Of a stretch of DNA of 64,000 bases, positions 30,850 through 41,300 are shown piece by piece. The translations under genes and the position numbers were made by a program. This DNA comes from a bacterium (GTDB lineage Bacteria; Zhuqueibacterota; QNDG01; DSAB01), in assembly GCA_016931965.1 (NCBI GenBank), contig JAFGDT010000079.1, forward strand, positions 16,694 through 80,693. The letters are read 5' to 3'. Every line of letters begins with the position of its first letter. Within the stretch, counting starts at the first letter, position 1. The notes beneath the pieces are model-generated. The model made no database searches and was not told the origin of the DNA. It worked only from the letters and a program-made list of their open reading frames with translations.

Positions 30850-32220
30850 ATGAAATGGAATATCAAAAAAGTCGATGCCCTGAGTCCGACTCAGATGATC
30901 GTGTTCAGTTTTATCGTTATCATTAGTATAGGTACTCTTCTCCTTTGTCTCCCCTGTGCGACGCAAAATGAAAATCTGAATTTTGTTGATGCCCTCTTTA
31001 CATCTGTATCAGCGACATGTGTGACCGGATTAACCGTTGTGGATATCGGATCAGAATTTACCCTATTCGGACAGATTGTTGTTTTGGCATTGATCCAGTT
31101 GGGTGGCCTTGGCATCATGACTTTTTCTACTTTTTTTTTGTATCTTTTGGGTAAAAGGGTATCCATTCGCGGCAGAGAAATAATCGATATGACATTAACC
31201 CACACGCCTGTTCGTAATATCGGTGCTCTGCTTCGTAAAGTGATTACCATTGTCTTTTTTATTGAGGGTGTTGGATTCTTGATTCTTACGCTCAAATGGA
31301 TGAGCATATATCCACTGTCAAAAGCCCTGTATCATGGGCTGTTTCATGCCGTATCGGCATTTTGTAATGCAGGATTCAGTCTCTATCAAAATAGTTTTAT
31401 TGATTTTTCAACAGATGTGTCGATCAATTGTTTACTGATTGGACTCATCATTTTAGGGGGATTGGGTTTCGTTGTATTGTTGGAATTTAAAAATTTGTTT
31501 CATCGGTCCACACCATTTCACGGTTCTTTCTCATTTCATTCGAAAGTTGTTCTTTTTGTTACTTTCCTTCTCATTGTGTTGGGTACGCTGTTCTTATTTG
31601 GAATTGAAAGGATCCATTCATTGATTGAATACAAGCCGGTTGATGGTTTTTTAATTGCACTTTTTCAATCGGTGACAGCTCGAACCGCTGGTTTTAATAC
31701 GATCGATATCGGATCTCTATCAAATGGTGCTTGTCTCATTATTATGTTTTTAATGTTTGTCGGTGCAGCTCCCGGGTCCTGTGGTGGTGGCGTGAAAGTG
31801 AGCACATTGGGTATATTGGTCGCACTGTTTTTTTCGCGTTTAAGAGGGCACGACGAACCCAATTTGTTCTATCGGTCGATTTCACGGGAAACCTCGGGGA
31901 AAGCATTGATTATTATTTTAAGTTCTATTTTATTAATCGGAGTTATTTTTTGTGGACTGTTATTAACAGAAAATGGGTCTCTTTCTCCAAATGAAAGTAG
32001 AGGAGATTTTGTTTCTCTTTTATTTGAAACGATTTCTGCTTTTGGGACGGTTGGTTTGTCGATGGGGATTACGTCAAAACTATCCACTGGTGGCAGATTG
32101 CTTGTCATTGTGATGATGTTTGTAGGACGTTTGGGGCCATTGACCATGGCGGTCGCATTGACACGTGGAAAGTGGGAAAAACATTTTACCTATGCAAGAG
32201 GGGAGGTCATGGTTGGGTAA
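30850..32220 (+). CDS. ktrB: Trk/Ktr potassium uptake membrane subunit (KtrB/TrkH)
   Basis: SATCVTGL, SAFCNAGF, RTAGFN and SAFGTVGLS pore loops. Confidence 0.93.
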   Translation: MKWNIKKVDALSPTQMIVFSFIVIISIGTLLLCLPCATQNENLNFVDALFTSVSATCVTGLTVVDIGSEFTLFGQIVVLALIQLGGLGIMTFSTFFLYLLGKRVSIRGREIIDMTLTHTPVRNIGALLRKVITIVFFIEGVGFLILTLKWMSIYPLSKALYHGLFHAVSAFCNAGFSLYQNSFIDFSTDVSINCLLIGLIILGGLGFVVLLEFKNLFHRSTPFHGSFSFHSKVVLFVTFLLIVLGTLFLFGIERIHSLIEYKPVDGFLIALFQSVTARTAGFNTIDIGSLSNGACLIIMFLMFVGAAPGSCGGGVKVSTLGILVALFFSRLRGHDEPNLFYRSISRETSGKALIIILSSILLIGVIFCGLLLTENGSLSPNESRGDFVSLLFETISAFGTVGLSMGITSKLSTGGRLLVIVMMFVGRLGPLTMAVALTRGKWEKHFTYARGEVMVG

Positions 32221-32247
32221 TATTTGGAGAATGAATTGGAGGTTCAA

Positions 32248-32898
32248 GTGAGAAATTATGCGATCATCGGGATGAGCAGTTTTGGGTATTTTTTGGCTCG
32301 CGAACTTGTGAAAGAAGGAATAGAGGTTGTTGCCATTGATCTGGATGATGAGAAGATTGAAAAGATAAAATCTTATGTTTCCAAAGCGGTTATTGCTGAT
32401 GGAACAGATAGGAATACCTTGGAAACTTTGGGTGTACAAGAAATGGATGGTGTGGTGGTCAGTCTCGGTCAAATCGAATCGAGTGTTTTAACAATCCTTC
32501 ACCTGAAAGAATTAAAAGTACGGCGTATTTTAGCCAAAGCCATCAGTGAGGAACATGGAAAAATTTTAGAAATGGTTGGTGCGACTGAAATTGTCTTTCC
32601 TGAAAAAGATATGGCCTATCGGGTGGCTCGCACATTAACCCACGACAATATTTTGGATCATGTTCCTCTTGCTGAAGGGTATAGTATCATTGAAATATCT
32701 CCTCCTACATCTTTTCTTCATAAGTCTTTAGCTGAATTGGATCTGAGAAGAAAGTATGGTGTTCAGGTTATTGTGATTAAAGGGTATGTGCCCAATTCCC
32801 TTGTTTTGGTGCCCACGGCTGATTATGTGATTAAGGATGATGATGTTTTGGTGATTATGGGTCAAGACAGCCACTTGAAGAAGGTTCAAGGATTATAG
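32248..32898 (+). CDS. ktrA: Trk/Ktr potassium uptake RCK regulatory subunit (KtrA/TrkA)
   Basis: RCK_N plus RCK_C; VFPEKDMA and SLAELDLRRKYGV; GTG start after GGAGG. Confidence 0.9.
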   Translation: MRNYAIIGMSSFGYFLARELVKEGIEVVAIDLDDEKIEKIKSYVSKAVIADGTDRNTLETLGVQEMDGVVVSLGQIESSVLTILHLKELKVRRILAKAISEEHGKILEMVGATEIVFPEKDMAYRVARTLTHDNILDHVPLAEGYSIIEISPPTSFLHKSLAELDLRRKYGVQVIVIKGYVPNSLVLVPTADYVIKDDDVLVIMGQDSHLKKVQGL

Positions 32899-32914
32899 GT
32901 GTATTAAAAAGGCT

Positions 32915-32943
32915 TTGATTTTATTTGGAATATTATGTACATT
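32915..32943 (+). promoter_or_regulatory. Possible sigma70 promoter for tRNA-Leu-tig
   Basis: TTGATT, 17 bp, TACATT just upstream of the tRNA. Confidence 0.5.
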
Positions 32944-32959
32944 TTTATTGTTATTAAAG

Positions 32960-33042
32960 GCGAGAGTGGCGGAACAGGTAGACGCGCTAGATTTAGGATC
33001 TAGTGTCCTTCGGACGTGTGGGTTCGAGTCCCTCCTCTCGCA
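32960..33042 (+). tRNA. tRNA-Leu (anticodon TAG)
   Basis: Acceptor stem GCGAGAG/CTCTCGC-A, anticodon arm CTAGA-TTTAGGA-TCTAG, long variable arm GTCC-TTC-GGAC and TTCGAGT loop; CCA not encoded. Confidence 0.96.
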
Positions 33043-33074
33043 CGAATTCTCATTTTTCTAAAGGAAACGCGATA

Positions 33075-34376
33075 TTGAAAACGGTTGTTAGTGAAATTGA
33101 ATCTTGGAAAAGAAAGGTTGAAGTTGAAGTCAGTCCTGAAGAAGTACACCCCCATATGGAGAAAGCATTCCAATCCTATCAAAAAAAAATGAGGATTGAT
33201 GGATTCCGTAAAGGTAAAATTCCCCTTTCCATCATTCGAAAACGGTTTGGCCAGATGATCCGGGCCGAAGTTTCCGAGAAACTCATTGAAACATTTTATC
33301 GAAAAGCAATTGAGCAAGAAGGTCTAAAGGTTGTTGCTCCCGGTCAGATCAGGGAAATTTCTTTTGAGGAAAACCAACCTTTTCGATTTGCAGCAGAAGT
33401 TGAAGTGGAGCCGGGGATTGAAGTGACCGATTACAAAGGAATCAAGGTGGAAAAAGAAATATTGAAAGTCACTGAAGAGGATGTCGATCAAACAATAGAA
33501 ATTCTCCGTAATGAAAAAGCCAAGATGAGACCCGTTGCAGAGGGAGCAAAAGAAGGGCATATAATTGAAGGAGATATCCAGGCATTGGATGCAACTGGTG
33601 TTCCGATTATCGGAAACAAATGGGAGAATCGCATTCTTGAGATGGCAACGCCGCAGGTCGATCCAGTGATTCAAGAGCAGTTGATGGGAGTCGTTGAAGG
33701 AGAAGAGAGGCGGTTTAAGGTTCCTCAAACTGAGAGAGGACCGAATGGTCAAATTCAGAATCGTGAAGAACACTACTCAGTGAAAGTGAAATCTGTAAAA
33801 GAAAAGATACTTCCGGAATTGGGAGATGGGTTTGCACAGGAGATGGGCGATTTTCAAACTTTTGAGGAAATGAAAGGTGCAATACACAAGCGAATCGAAA
33901 TGCAAAGGGAGTATGATGCAGAACAATTGTTGCGTAACCGCCTTGCAGATCATATCATTCGAAGAAATCATTTTGATATTCCACCATCGATGATTGAAAA
34001 TGGTTTGAATAGTCTCTTAGAAAATTATCGAGAACAATCGGAAGAGAAAATTGACGAATCCGCGTTTCGAGAAGAACATAAAGCCAAAGTAGAATGGAAT
34101 ATTAAGTGGCGTCTGATATGGCACAAGATTGCTGAAATCGAGAACATTTTTGTCAGTGAAGATGATGTTAAAGCAGAAATAGAAAATATTGTGGCATCAT
34201 CGGACCAGAACAATAAAAAAATGCGTGCTTGGTTTAAAGATAGCAAGCGGAGAGACAATTTAAAAGAAAGACTTTTAGAAGGCAAAGTGGTTGATTTTTT
34301 AAAAGAAAATGCCAAAGTAAAGGAAGTGGTTATCAAAAAATCAAAAAAACATCAATCATCAATTATTACGGCGTAA
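33075..34376 (+). CDS. tig: Trigger factor
   Basis: GFRKGKIP signature; tRNA-Leu-tig-clpP-clpX synteny; TTG start after AAGGAA. Confidence 0.95.
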   Translation: MKTVVSEIESWKRKVEVEVSPEEVHPHMEKAFQSYQKKMRIDGFRKGKIPLSIIRKRFGQMIRAEVSEKLIETFYRKAIEQEGLKVVAPGQIREISFEENQPFRFAAEVEVEPGIEVTDYKGIKVEKEILKVTEEDVDQTIEILRNEKAKMRPVAEGAKEGHIIEGDIQALDATGVPIIGNKWENRILEMATPQVDPVIQEQLMGVVEGEERRFKVPQTERGPNGQIQNREEHYSVKVKSVKEKILPELGDGFAQEMGDFQTFEEMKGAIHKRIEMQREYDAEQLLRNRLADHIIRRNHFDIPPSMIENGLNSLLENYREQSEEKIDESAFREEHKAKVEWNIKWRLIWHKIAEIENIFVSEDDVKAEIENIVASSDQNNKKMRAWFKDSKRRDNLKERLLEGKVVDFLKENAKVKEVVIKKSKKHQSSIITA

Positions 34377-34405
34377 TCGATCATCATTTATTGAATGGAG
34401 TCATT

Positions 34406-35017
34406 ATGAGTTTGGTGCCCATTGTTGTCGAACAGACCGGAAGAGGAGAGAGAGCATATGATATCTTTTCGAGGCTCTTAAAAGAGAGGATCATTTTTAT
34501 TGGAGTGGGTATTGATGATGCGGTGGCGAGTCTGGTCATTGCACAACTGCTTTTTTTGGAGGCAGAAGATCCTGAGAAAGATATTTATTTTTATTTAAAT
34601 ACGCCAGGGGGATATGTCGCATCGGGATTGGCCATTTATGATACCATGCAATATGTTCGTCCCGATGTATCCACAATCTGTATGGGACAAGCATCCAGTA
34701 TGGGAGCTCTTTTACTGGCTGCCGGAGCAAAAGGCAAGCGATCCGCTTTACCTCATGCAAGGATTATGATTCATCAACCCTTGGGTGGTGCACAGGGACA
34801 AGCTACCGATATTGAGATTCAGACACGTGAAATACTCACCCTGAGGGAAAAGTTGAACCAGATTTTATCAAAACATACGGGGCAACTCCTGGAAAAAATT
34901 GAGAAGGATACGGATCGCAATTTTTTTATGTCTGCTCAGGAAGCAAAAACATATGGTATTATTGATGAAGTTCTGGTCAGGGAAACAAAACCAAAAAAGA
35001 AGAGAGGGGGGAAATAG
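34406..35017 (+). CDS. clpP: ATP-dependent Clp protease proteolytic subunit
   Basis: [27 protein letters not shown] and DRNFFMS. Confidence 0.98.
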   Translation: MSLVPIVVEQTGRGERAYDIFSRLLKERIIFIGVGIDDAVASLVIAQLLFLEAEDPEKDIYFYLNTPGGYVASGLAIYDTMQYVRPDVSTICMGQASSMGALLLAAGAKGKRSALPHARIMIHQPLGGAQGQATDIEIQTREILTLREKLNQILSKHTGQLLEKIEKDTDRNFFMSAQEAKTYGIIDEVLVRETKPKKKRGGK

Positions 35018-35019
35018 GC

Positions 35020-36258
35020 TTGGATCGACAGTATGTCTGTTCCTTTTGCGGACGATCCTCAGAAGATGTTGATGCAATGGTCACGGGGCCAGGTGTAAAC
35101 ATATGCAATGAATGTGTTCAATATGCTGAAGAAATTATACGATCAGAACCTGTACGTCGGCCACTCAAACTTGTTCATCCCATTCCGACTCCGAAAGAAA
35201 TCAAAAATGAATTGGATAGTTACGTTATTGGTCAAGATGAAGTAAAAAAAGCCATTGCTGTTGCGGTATATAATCATTATAAACGGATCAACAGTCCTGA
35301 AAAAACAAGTGGCGTAGAGCTTGATAAGAGCAATATTCTTCTTGTCGGTCCGACAGGTACAGGAAAAACACTTTTGGCTCAAACGCTTGCCAAATTTCTC
35401 AAAGTTCCTTTTGCCATTGCCGATGCAACCACACTCACAGAAGCCGGATATGTCGGGGAGGATGTTGAAAATGTGCTTGTACGATTGTTACATGCCGCGG
35501 ATTATCGACTGGAGAAAGCAGAAAAAGGCATCGTTTATATTGATGAAATTGATAAAATTGCACGGAAAGAGGAGAGCTCGTCAATCACACGAGACGTTTC
35601 AGGTGAGGGCGTACAACAAGGTCTTTTAAAATTGCTTGAAGGATTTATCGCATCCGTTCCACCAAAGGGGGGACGAAAACATCCAGAACAGAATTTGATC
35701 AATATCAACACAAAAGATATTCTTTTCATTTGCGGGGGATCGTTTGTGGGTCTGGAAAAAATTGTGGCTGCACGTGTGGGAAAGAAGGTTATTGGATTCG
35801 GAAAAGAAATCGCACAGAGGAGTGAAGCGTCTTTTGGAGAGTTGCTCCGTCAAGTCCAACCTGATGATCTTCTGCGTTTCGGTTTAATTCCTGAATTGGT
35901 TGGGCGACTTCCTGTAATCGCCACGTTGGATGAACTGGATGGAACAGCACTTTTACGTATTTTGACGGAGCCTAAAAATGCTTTGGTTAAACAATACCAA
36001 TATCTCTTCGGAATTGATGGGATTCAATTAGAATTTCAGGATCGTGCGTTAAAAGCTGTGGTTCAACTGGCATTAAAGAAAAAGATCGGCGCCAGGGCTC
36101 TTCGTTCGATACTCGAAGAAACCATGCTGAATATTATGTTTGAATTGCCCTCCATGGATAAAATCAATGATTGTACCATTACAGAAGATGTTGTTCTGAA
36201 AGGCAAAAAACCGATTTATCAGTCCCATGAGAGAATGAAAAAGAAAACAAGAGCGTAA
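35020..36258 (+). CDS. clpX: ATP-dependent Clp protease ATP-binding subunit
   Basis: CSFCG...ICNEC zinc finger, [19 protein letters not shown] loop and IGF loop. Confidence 0.98.
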   Translation: MDRQYVCSFCGRSSEDVDAMVTGPGVNICNECVQYAEEIIRSEPVRRPLKLVHPIPTPKEIKNELDSYVIGQDEVKKAIAVAVYNHYKRINSPEKTSGVELDKSNILLVGPTGTGKTLLAQTLAKFLKVPFAIADATTLTEAGYVGEDVENVLVRLLHAADYRLEKAEKGIVYIDEIDKIARKEESSSITRDVSGEGVQQGLLKLLEGFIASVPPKGGRKHPEQNLININTKDILFICGGSFVGLEKIVAARVGKKVIGFGKEIAQRSEASFGELLRQVQPDDLLRFGLIPELVGRLPVIATLDELDGTALLRILTEPKNALVKQYQYLFGIDGIQLEFQDRALKAVVQLALKKKIGARALRSILEETMLNIMFELPSMDKINDCTITEDVVLKGKKPIYQSHERMKKKTRA

Positions 36259-36427
36259 TGAAAAGACATGTTCCGAATGTTGATTGTGGTATTCTAGACA
36301 GTCTGAGATTTATTATTTCCTCGTGATCTGTTTTCCGATTGTATTTTTTTAATCATATCCAATTTCTCCTCAATTTATACACCATCTTATACTTGTAATT
36401 TTCATTATTTTTTTTAAATTAAGATTC

Positions 36428-39400
36428 ATGATGAAGGACCGTATCTGGATTGGCATCGATATTGGATCAATCAGCTTGAAGATGGCTCTCTATTTCAGGG
36501 GTCGTTTTTTCAATAATTCGATTTCAAAGCTCATTGATTCTCAACTTTTTTTTATGCCAGGAGGGATTCTTGAATCAACATTTGATCAAGGATCTCTTTT
36601 ACTTTCTCGTTATATCCGTCATCAAGGTGATCCCTTTTCCAAAGTCGTTCAACTGTTCACGTCTATTTTTCAAACAGTCGATAAAGATCAAATCGTTGGC
36701 GTGTGGGTAACAGGTTCAGGCGGGAAAATGGGAAAACAAATCAAGGGATTTTGTTATTTGAATGAGTATCGTACCACAGCTGAAGCGGTTGGTCGTCTTT
36801 TTCCTGAAATCAATACCGTTTTTGAAATGGGTGGTGAACGCTCAAAATATCTTTTACTCTCAAAAGCCAGAGAAGATCAGATCCAGATTCTTGACTATCA
36901 GATGAATGGTGAATGCGCAGCAGGTACGGGTGCATTCTTCGATCAACAGGTGGAGAGATTGAAGGTTCGGATTGAAGATGTGGGTCGAATTGTAGAAGGA
37001 TTGGAAAAATTCCCCTCTATAGCAGGCCGCTGTTCTGTTTTTGCCAAATCGGATATGATCCATGCGCAACAGCGCGGTTATCAACCAGCCGAGGTGTTGA
37101 AAGGGCTCTGCGAAGCTGTTGTCAGGAATTTCATGGGAAGTGTAACAAATGGCAAGCGAATCGAACCAAAAGTCGCGCTCATTGGAGGCTTGGCATTCAA
37201 TTTGGGGATAGTCAATGCCCTAGAGAATCAGTTCAACTTTTTTAATGGAGAATTGTTTATTCCGGAACACCATGCCTGGATGGGGGCTATCGGGGGAATC
37301 CTTCTGGGATTGAAACAGGAAGAAGAAAGTTGGTCATCCGAAAGACTCAGTAGTCAATTGGTCTATGAAAACAAAAAGAAGTATCCGACGAGCCATCCAT
37401 TGTCACTCGAAAACGTTCAACTCCTCGGAGATCAGGTCATCCCGTATCATCTTCCTCAGAATTGCACAGTTGATGGCTATCTGGGAATTGATGTGGGATC
37501 GGTCAGCACAAATTTGGCTTTGATCGATTCCAAAGGTGAGCTGATTCATGGCATTTACCGGATGACAGAAGGAAGACCGGTTGATGTTGTTAAGGATTCC
37601 GTTCGAGAGCTGTCTGCAATTGTGAAAGGAAAAGTACAAATTAAAGGTGTGGGCACGACGGGTTCGGGCCGTGAAATGATCGGTGCATTGGTTGGCGCCG
37701 ATGTAATAAAGGATGAGATTACGGCTCACAAAACCGGGGCCTTTCAGATTAGTGAAAAATATTTTGGCAGTCAGGTCGATACCATTTTTGAAATCGGTGG
37801 ACAGGATTCAAAATTTATTTCCTTGAAGGATGGCATTGTCGTGGATTTCAGTTTGAACGAAGCCTGTGCGGCGGGCACGGGATCATTTCTTGAAGAACAG
37901 GCAAAACAGATCGGTATTTCGATTCGGGAAGAGTTTGCTGATCTGGCTCTTCGATCTCAGCATCCGTTAAAATTAGGGGAGCGGTGCACGGTTTTTATGC
38001 AGAAAGAGGTAGTTCCCTATCTTCAGCAGGGGATTCCCAAGGAGGATGTTGTTGCCGGTTTGGCTCTATCGGTGGTTCAAAATTATTTGAACCGTGTTGT
38101 AAAAAAACGAAAAATCGGCGATGTGATTTTTTTTCAGGGAGGAACGGCTTATAATGACAGTGTGGCTGCAGCTTTTGCTACCATTCTGAAGAAAACGATT
38201 ATTGTTCCTCCTCATAATGGCATCATCGGTGCAATCGGTGCAGCTCTTTTGGCAAAAGAACATATGGAGAGCAAAGAAAAGACCTCTTTTCGCGGATGGG
38301 ATATGGGAGAGGTTTCCTGGAAGTTGAGGGAGTTTATCTGTCAAGGATGCTCGAATCACTGTACAATACAGGAATTTGAGGTTGAGGGGGAAAAGAGTTA
38401 TTGGGGAGACAAATGTTCTGATCGATATCGAAAGCGAACAGTGACGAAAAAACAGGCTTCAATTCCGGATTGCATATCCCTTTATTTAGATCTTCTGTTG
38501 AAGCAGAACACTGTCAAATACGATCCAATCGACAAAAAGCGAGGCCGTATGGGTATTCCTCGAAGTCTTCAATTTTATGACCGTTTCCCTTTTTGGAAGA
38601 CCTATTTTGAATCACTGGGTTTTGATATTGTTCTTTCTGGGCTCACACGGAAAGACATTGTTCATGCAGGACTCGAAGTCACAGTTACCGAACCCTGTTT
38701 TCCCATTCAGGTGGCTATGGGCCATCTTGTCGATCTTTTGTCACAGAATTTGGATTTTATTTTTCTACCCAATGTTGTGAATGAGGAAGATTTTTCAGGA
38801 GGGACCGCCTCTTATATTTGTCCGTGGAGTCAGACCATCCCGATGGTGGCATTGCACACGCCCGCCATAGAACGCATTCGGGATATTTTATTTTATCCGA
38901 ATATTCAATTCCGTGAAGGATGCAAATTTGTAGAAAAGCAATTGCAAAAAGAAGTCAACCGCTGGGGGATTGGTGCAAAGGAAAATAGATGCGCTGTTCG
39001 AAGTGCATATCAAGCTCAAGAAAGGTTCAAATGCGAAACGCGTAAAATAGGGAGGGACGTCCTGTCTCAAGTGATGGTTGAGGAAAGATCGTGTGTGATC
39101 CTATTGGGACGTCCGTACAATCTCTATGATTTCGGATTGAATCTCAACATACCGAAAAAACTGAGGGATCTATATGGCGTTAATGTTTTGCCAATGGGTT
39201 TATTGCCGCTTGACGGGATTGACGTCCGACCCGTGCATGATCACATGTTCTGGAATTATGGCCGTCAGATTATTCAGGCTGCCATGTTCACCAAAGGTCA
39301 TCAGAATATGCATGTTGTCTATCTCAGTAATTTTAAATGCGGTCCGGATTCCTATATTCGCCACTATATCGAAGAGGCATCGGGTAAACCGTTTCTATTT

Positions 39401-39481
39401 TTACAACTGGACAGTCATGCAAATGATGCGGGTATGATGACGCGTGTTGAGGCGTTTCTTGAAAGCAAAGGGATGCTGTAA
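36428..39481 (+). CDS. Acyl-CoA dehydratase activase-like protein (two BadF/BcrAD ASKHA ATPase domains plus DUF2229-like domain)
   Basis: GIDIGSIS / GIDVGSVS, CAAGTG x2, RCSVF / RCTVF, CQGCSNHC, PCFP, CPW and FKCGPDS. Confidence 0.9.
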   Translation: MMKDRIWIGIDIGSISLKMALYFRGRFFNNSISKLIDSQLFFMPGGILESTFDQGSLLLSRYIRHQGDPFSKVVQLFTSIFQTVDKDQIVGVWVTGSGGKMGKQIKGFCYLNEYRTTAEAVGRLFPEINTVFEMGGERSKYLLLSKAREDQIQILDYQMNGECAAGTGAFFDQQVERLKVRIEDVGRIVEGLEKFPSIAGRCSVFAKSDMIHAQQRGYQPAEVLKGLCEAVVRNFMGSVTNGKRIEPKVALIGGLAFNLGIVNALENQFNFFNGELFIPEHHAWMGAIGGILLGLKQEEESWSSERLSSQLVYENKKKYPTSHPLSLENVQLLGDQVIPYHLPQNCTVDGYLGIDVGSVSTNLALIDSKGELIHGIYRMTEGRPVDVVKDSVRELSAIVKGKVQIKGVGTTGSGREMIGALVGADVIKDEITAHKTGAFQISEKYFGSQVDTIFEIGGQDSKFISLKDGIVVDFSLNEACAAGTGSFLEEQAKQIGISIREEFADLALRSQHPLKLGERCTVFMQKEVVPYLQQGIPKEDVVAGLALSVVQNYLNRVVKKRKIGDVIFFQGGTAYNDSVAAAFATILKKTIIVPPHNGIIGAIGAALLAKEHMESKEKTSFRGWDMGEVSWKLREFICQGCSNHCTIQEFEVEGEKSYWGDKCSDRYRKRTVTKKQASIPDCISLYLDLLLKQNTVKYDPIDKKRGRMGIPRSLQFYDRFPFWKTYFESLGFDIVLSGLTRKDIVHAGLEVTVTEPCFPIQVAMGHLVDLLSQNLDFIFLPNVVNEEDFSGGTASYICPWSQTIPMVALHTPAIERIRDILFYPNIQFREGCKFVEKQLQKEVNRWGIGAKENRCAVRSAYQAQERFKCETRKIGRDVLSQVMVEERSCVILLGRPYNLYDFGLNLNIPKKLRDLYGVNVLPMGLLPLDGIDVRPVHDHMFWNYGRQIIQAAMFTKGHQNMHVVYLSNFKCGPDSYIRHYIEEASGKPFLFLQLDSHANDAGMMTRVEAFLESKGML

Positions 39482-39535
39482 ATTTTATTTGTTTCCGGCT
39501 GGTATCTCGTTATATGGAAAAGGGATTTTATCGTC

Positions 39536-40825
39536 ATGAATACCGAGACTACCCAAGACAATCATACACTTTCGTTGGAAGGAAGACATCTCTTCATTCC
39601 GAGAATGAGCACAGTCGGTTCTGAAGCATTGGCTGCGGTGTTTCGTTCTCTGGGTATTGCTGCAGAGGTCTCCCCTCCCTCTGATGAATCGACCTTGTCG
39701 CTTGCTGCACGGTTCACGACCGGTGAAGAGTGCCTTCCACAAAGAATCACATTAGGCAATTTTCTTAAAATTATTCTCCGAAAGGATTTTGATCCACAGC
39801 GATATGCTTTTTTTCTTCCCACTTCATCGGGTCCCTGCCGTTTTGGACAGTATGCACCTTTTCTGAGAAAAATTCTGAGAGAGTTGGATTATCCGCAAGC
39901 CCTTGTTTTTTCGCCAACGAGCAGCAACGGGTATGGGAGTTTTGGCACTTCTGTGTTCCGTTTTTATCGGTCGGTATGGCGGTGTGTGGTTGTTTCGGAT
40001 ATTTTAAGGAAACTGCAATTGATGTTTCGTCCTTATGAAAGCAATTCGGGTGAGACAGATACGGTTCAAGAAAATGCGCTCGCTGAGATCTGTTCAATAT
40101 TGGCTGATGGTTCACTGAGCTTGAAAAAGCAATTGGATAGTCTGGTCGACAGTTTGGAAAAAATCCGGGACCAATTTCTTGGAATCCCGTTGATATCAAA
40201 AAGAAACACCAAACCCCTAATCGGCATCGTGGGAGAAATTTTTCTTCGCTTGAACAGTTTCAGTAATCAGTATATCATTAGAAAGATTGAATCTTTGGGA
40301 GGGGAAGTGTGGATGGCGGATGTGTCGGAATGGGTGTGGTACACCCATATTGATCAAGAGAGAAAATTGCGAAGTACAGGGAGAAAATTCAGCATGGCCA
40401 TGTTTGGTACGCGATTGAAAAGCCATTATCAAAAGGGTGACGAAGACGTATTGCTCAAACCTTTTCGCCATCTGTTTCAATCGCGGGAAGAAGCTTCTGT
40501 CCGAAGACTGCTCCAGTACAGCATGCCCTATCTGCCGTCTCATATGGCTCTGGGTGAAATGACCCTGAATACAGGTAAAGCGATTGCATACCATCATGCA
40601 GGGTGTGACGGCGTAATCGATGCCAGTCCATTCACCTGCATGAACGGTATTGTAACCGAGGCCATTTATCCCAAAGTCAGCCGTGATTATGGTCATATGC
40701 CGATCCGCATTTTTTATTTTGATGGTGTACCGTTTGATCTGGAAAGTGACTTGGAAATCTTTTTTGAGCAGGTTAAATCGTTCAAACAGAACAAAAGGGG
40801 AAAGACTCAGTCGAACTCGATTTGA
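39536..40825 (+). CDS. CoA-activase partner protein (2-hydroxyacyl-CoA dehydratase-related, DUF2229-like)
   Basis: GEECLP, GPCRFGQY, IVGEIFLR and PFTCMNG cysteine motifs. Confidence 0.8.
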   Translation: MNTETTQDNHTLSLEGRHLFIPRMSTVGSEALAAVFRSLGIAAEVSPPSDESTLSLAARFTTGEECLPQRITLGNFLKIILRKDFDPQRYAFFLPTSSGPCRFGQYAPFLRKILRELDYPQALVFSPTSSNGYGSFGTSVFRFYRSVWRCVVVSDILRKLQLMFRPYESNSGETDTVQENALAEICSILADGSLSLKKQLDSLVDSLEKIRDQFLGIPLISKRNTKPLIGIVGEIFLRLNSFSNQYIIRKIESLGGEVWMADVSEWVWYTHIDQERKLRSTGRKFSMAMFGTRLKSHYQKGDEDVLLKPFRHLFQSREEASVRRLLQYSMPYLPSHMALGEMTLNTGKAIAYHHAGCDGVIDASPFTCMNGIVTEAIYPKVSRDYGHMPIRIFYFDGVPFDLESDLEIFFEQVKSFKQNKRGKTQSNSI

Positions 40826-40844
40826 GTGGTTTTTAGAGGTCTGT

Positions 40845-41291
40845 TTGCCGATAAAACAAATTTACCATGGTGTATCGGGTCATTTTTCTCACCCCATTGC
40901 CCATGAAAAGAAAGAAAGGCTTTGGTGATCGATCCGGTAGACAATATCGATCCAATCATCAGTATTGATGAGGAGCGATTTTTAGAGTTAGGTAAGATCA
41001 CTTTCAAATCATTCATAAACCCGGAAACACATCAGGTGGAACGTGTCTCTGTATGGAGGGACAGCTTTTTCCGTGGGATACATTTTTTGTGGGTGATAGT
41101 GGGCGAACCAATTTGCCCAGAAGAGGCTTTTCTGCATTAGGGTTCTCGATACGACAATTGGTGCACTTATTGATGTTGCGATCGTCTCGGCAGGCCATAA
41201 TTATGAACCGACTCTTCATTCGATGACCGGTTGGAAAAAGGAACGCAACATCAATACCAAGGAGTACGGTTTTTATGTCAATGACTCGTAG
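40845..41291 (+). pseudogene. Decayed MBL-fold metallo-hydrolase (glyoxalase II/YcbL-like)
   Basis: Collinear fragments separated by frameshifts: IKQIYHG...; LVIDPVDNIDPII; IHKPGNTSGGTCL...DTFFVGDSGRTNLP; AGHNYEPT...GWKKERNINTKEYGF*. The HxHxDH block is deleted. Confidence 0.8.
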
Positions 41292-41300
41292 TAAATCGTG

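Noticed and set aside
33003-33074. N-terminal extension of trigger factor in the ORF track
   Set aside because: It overlaps tRNA-Leu; the TTG at 33075 with an RBS is the plausible start.
40683-41219. Short ORFs 40683-40928, 40922-41140 and 41013-41219 as real small genes
   Set aside because: They are explained as fragments or antisense shadows of the MBL pseudogene.
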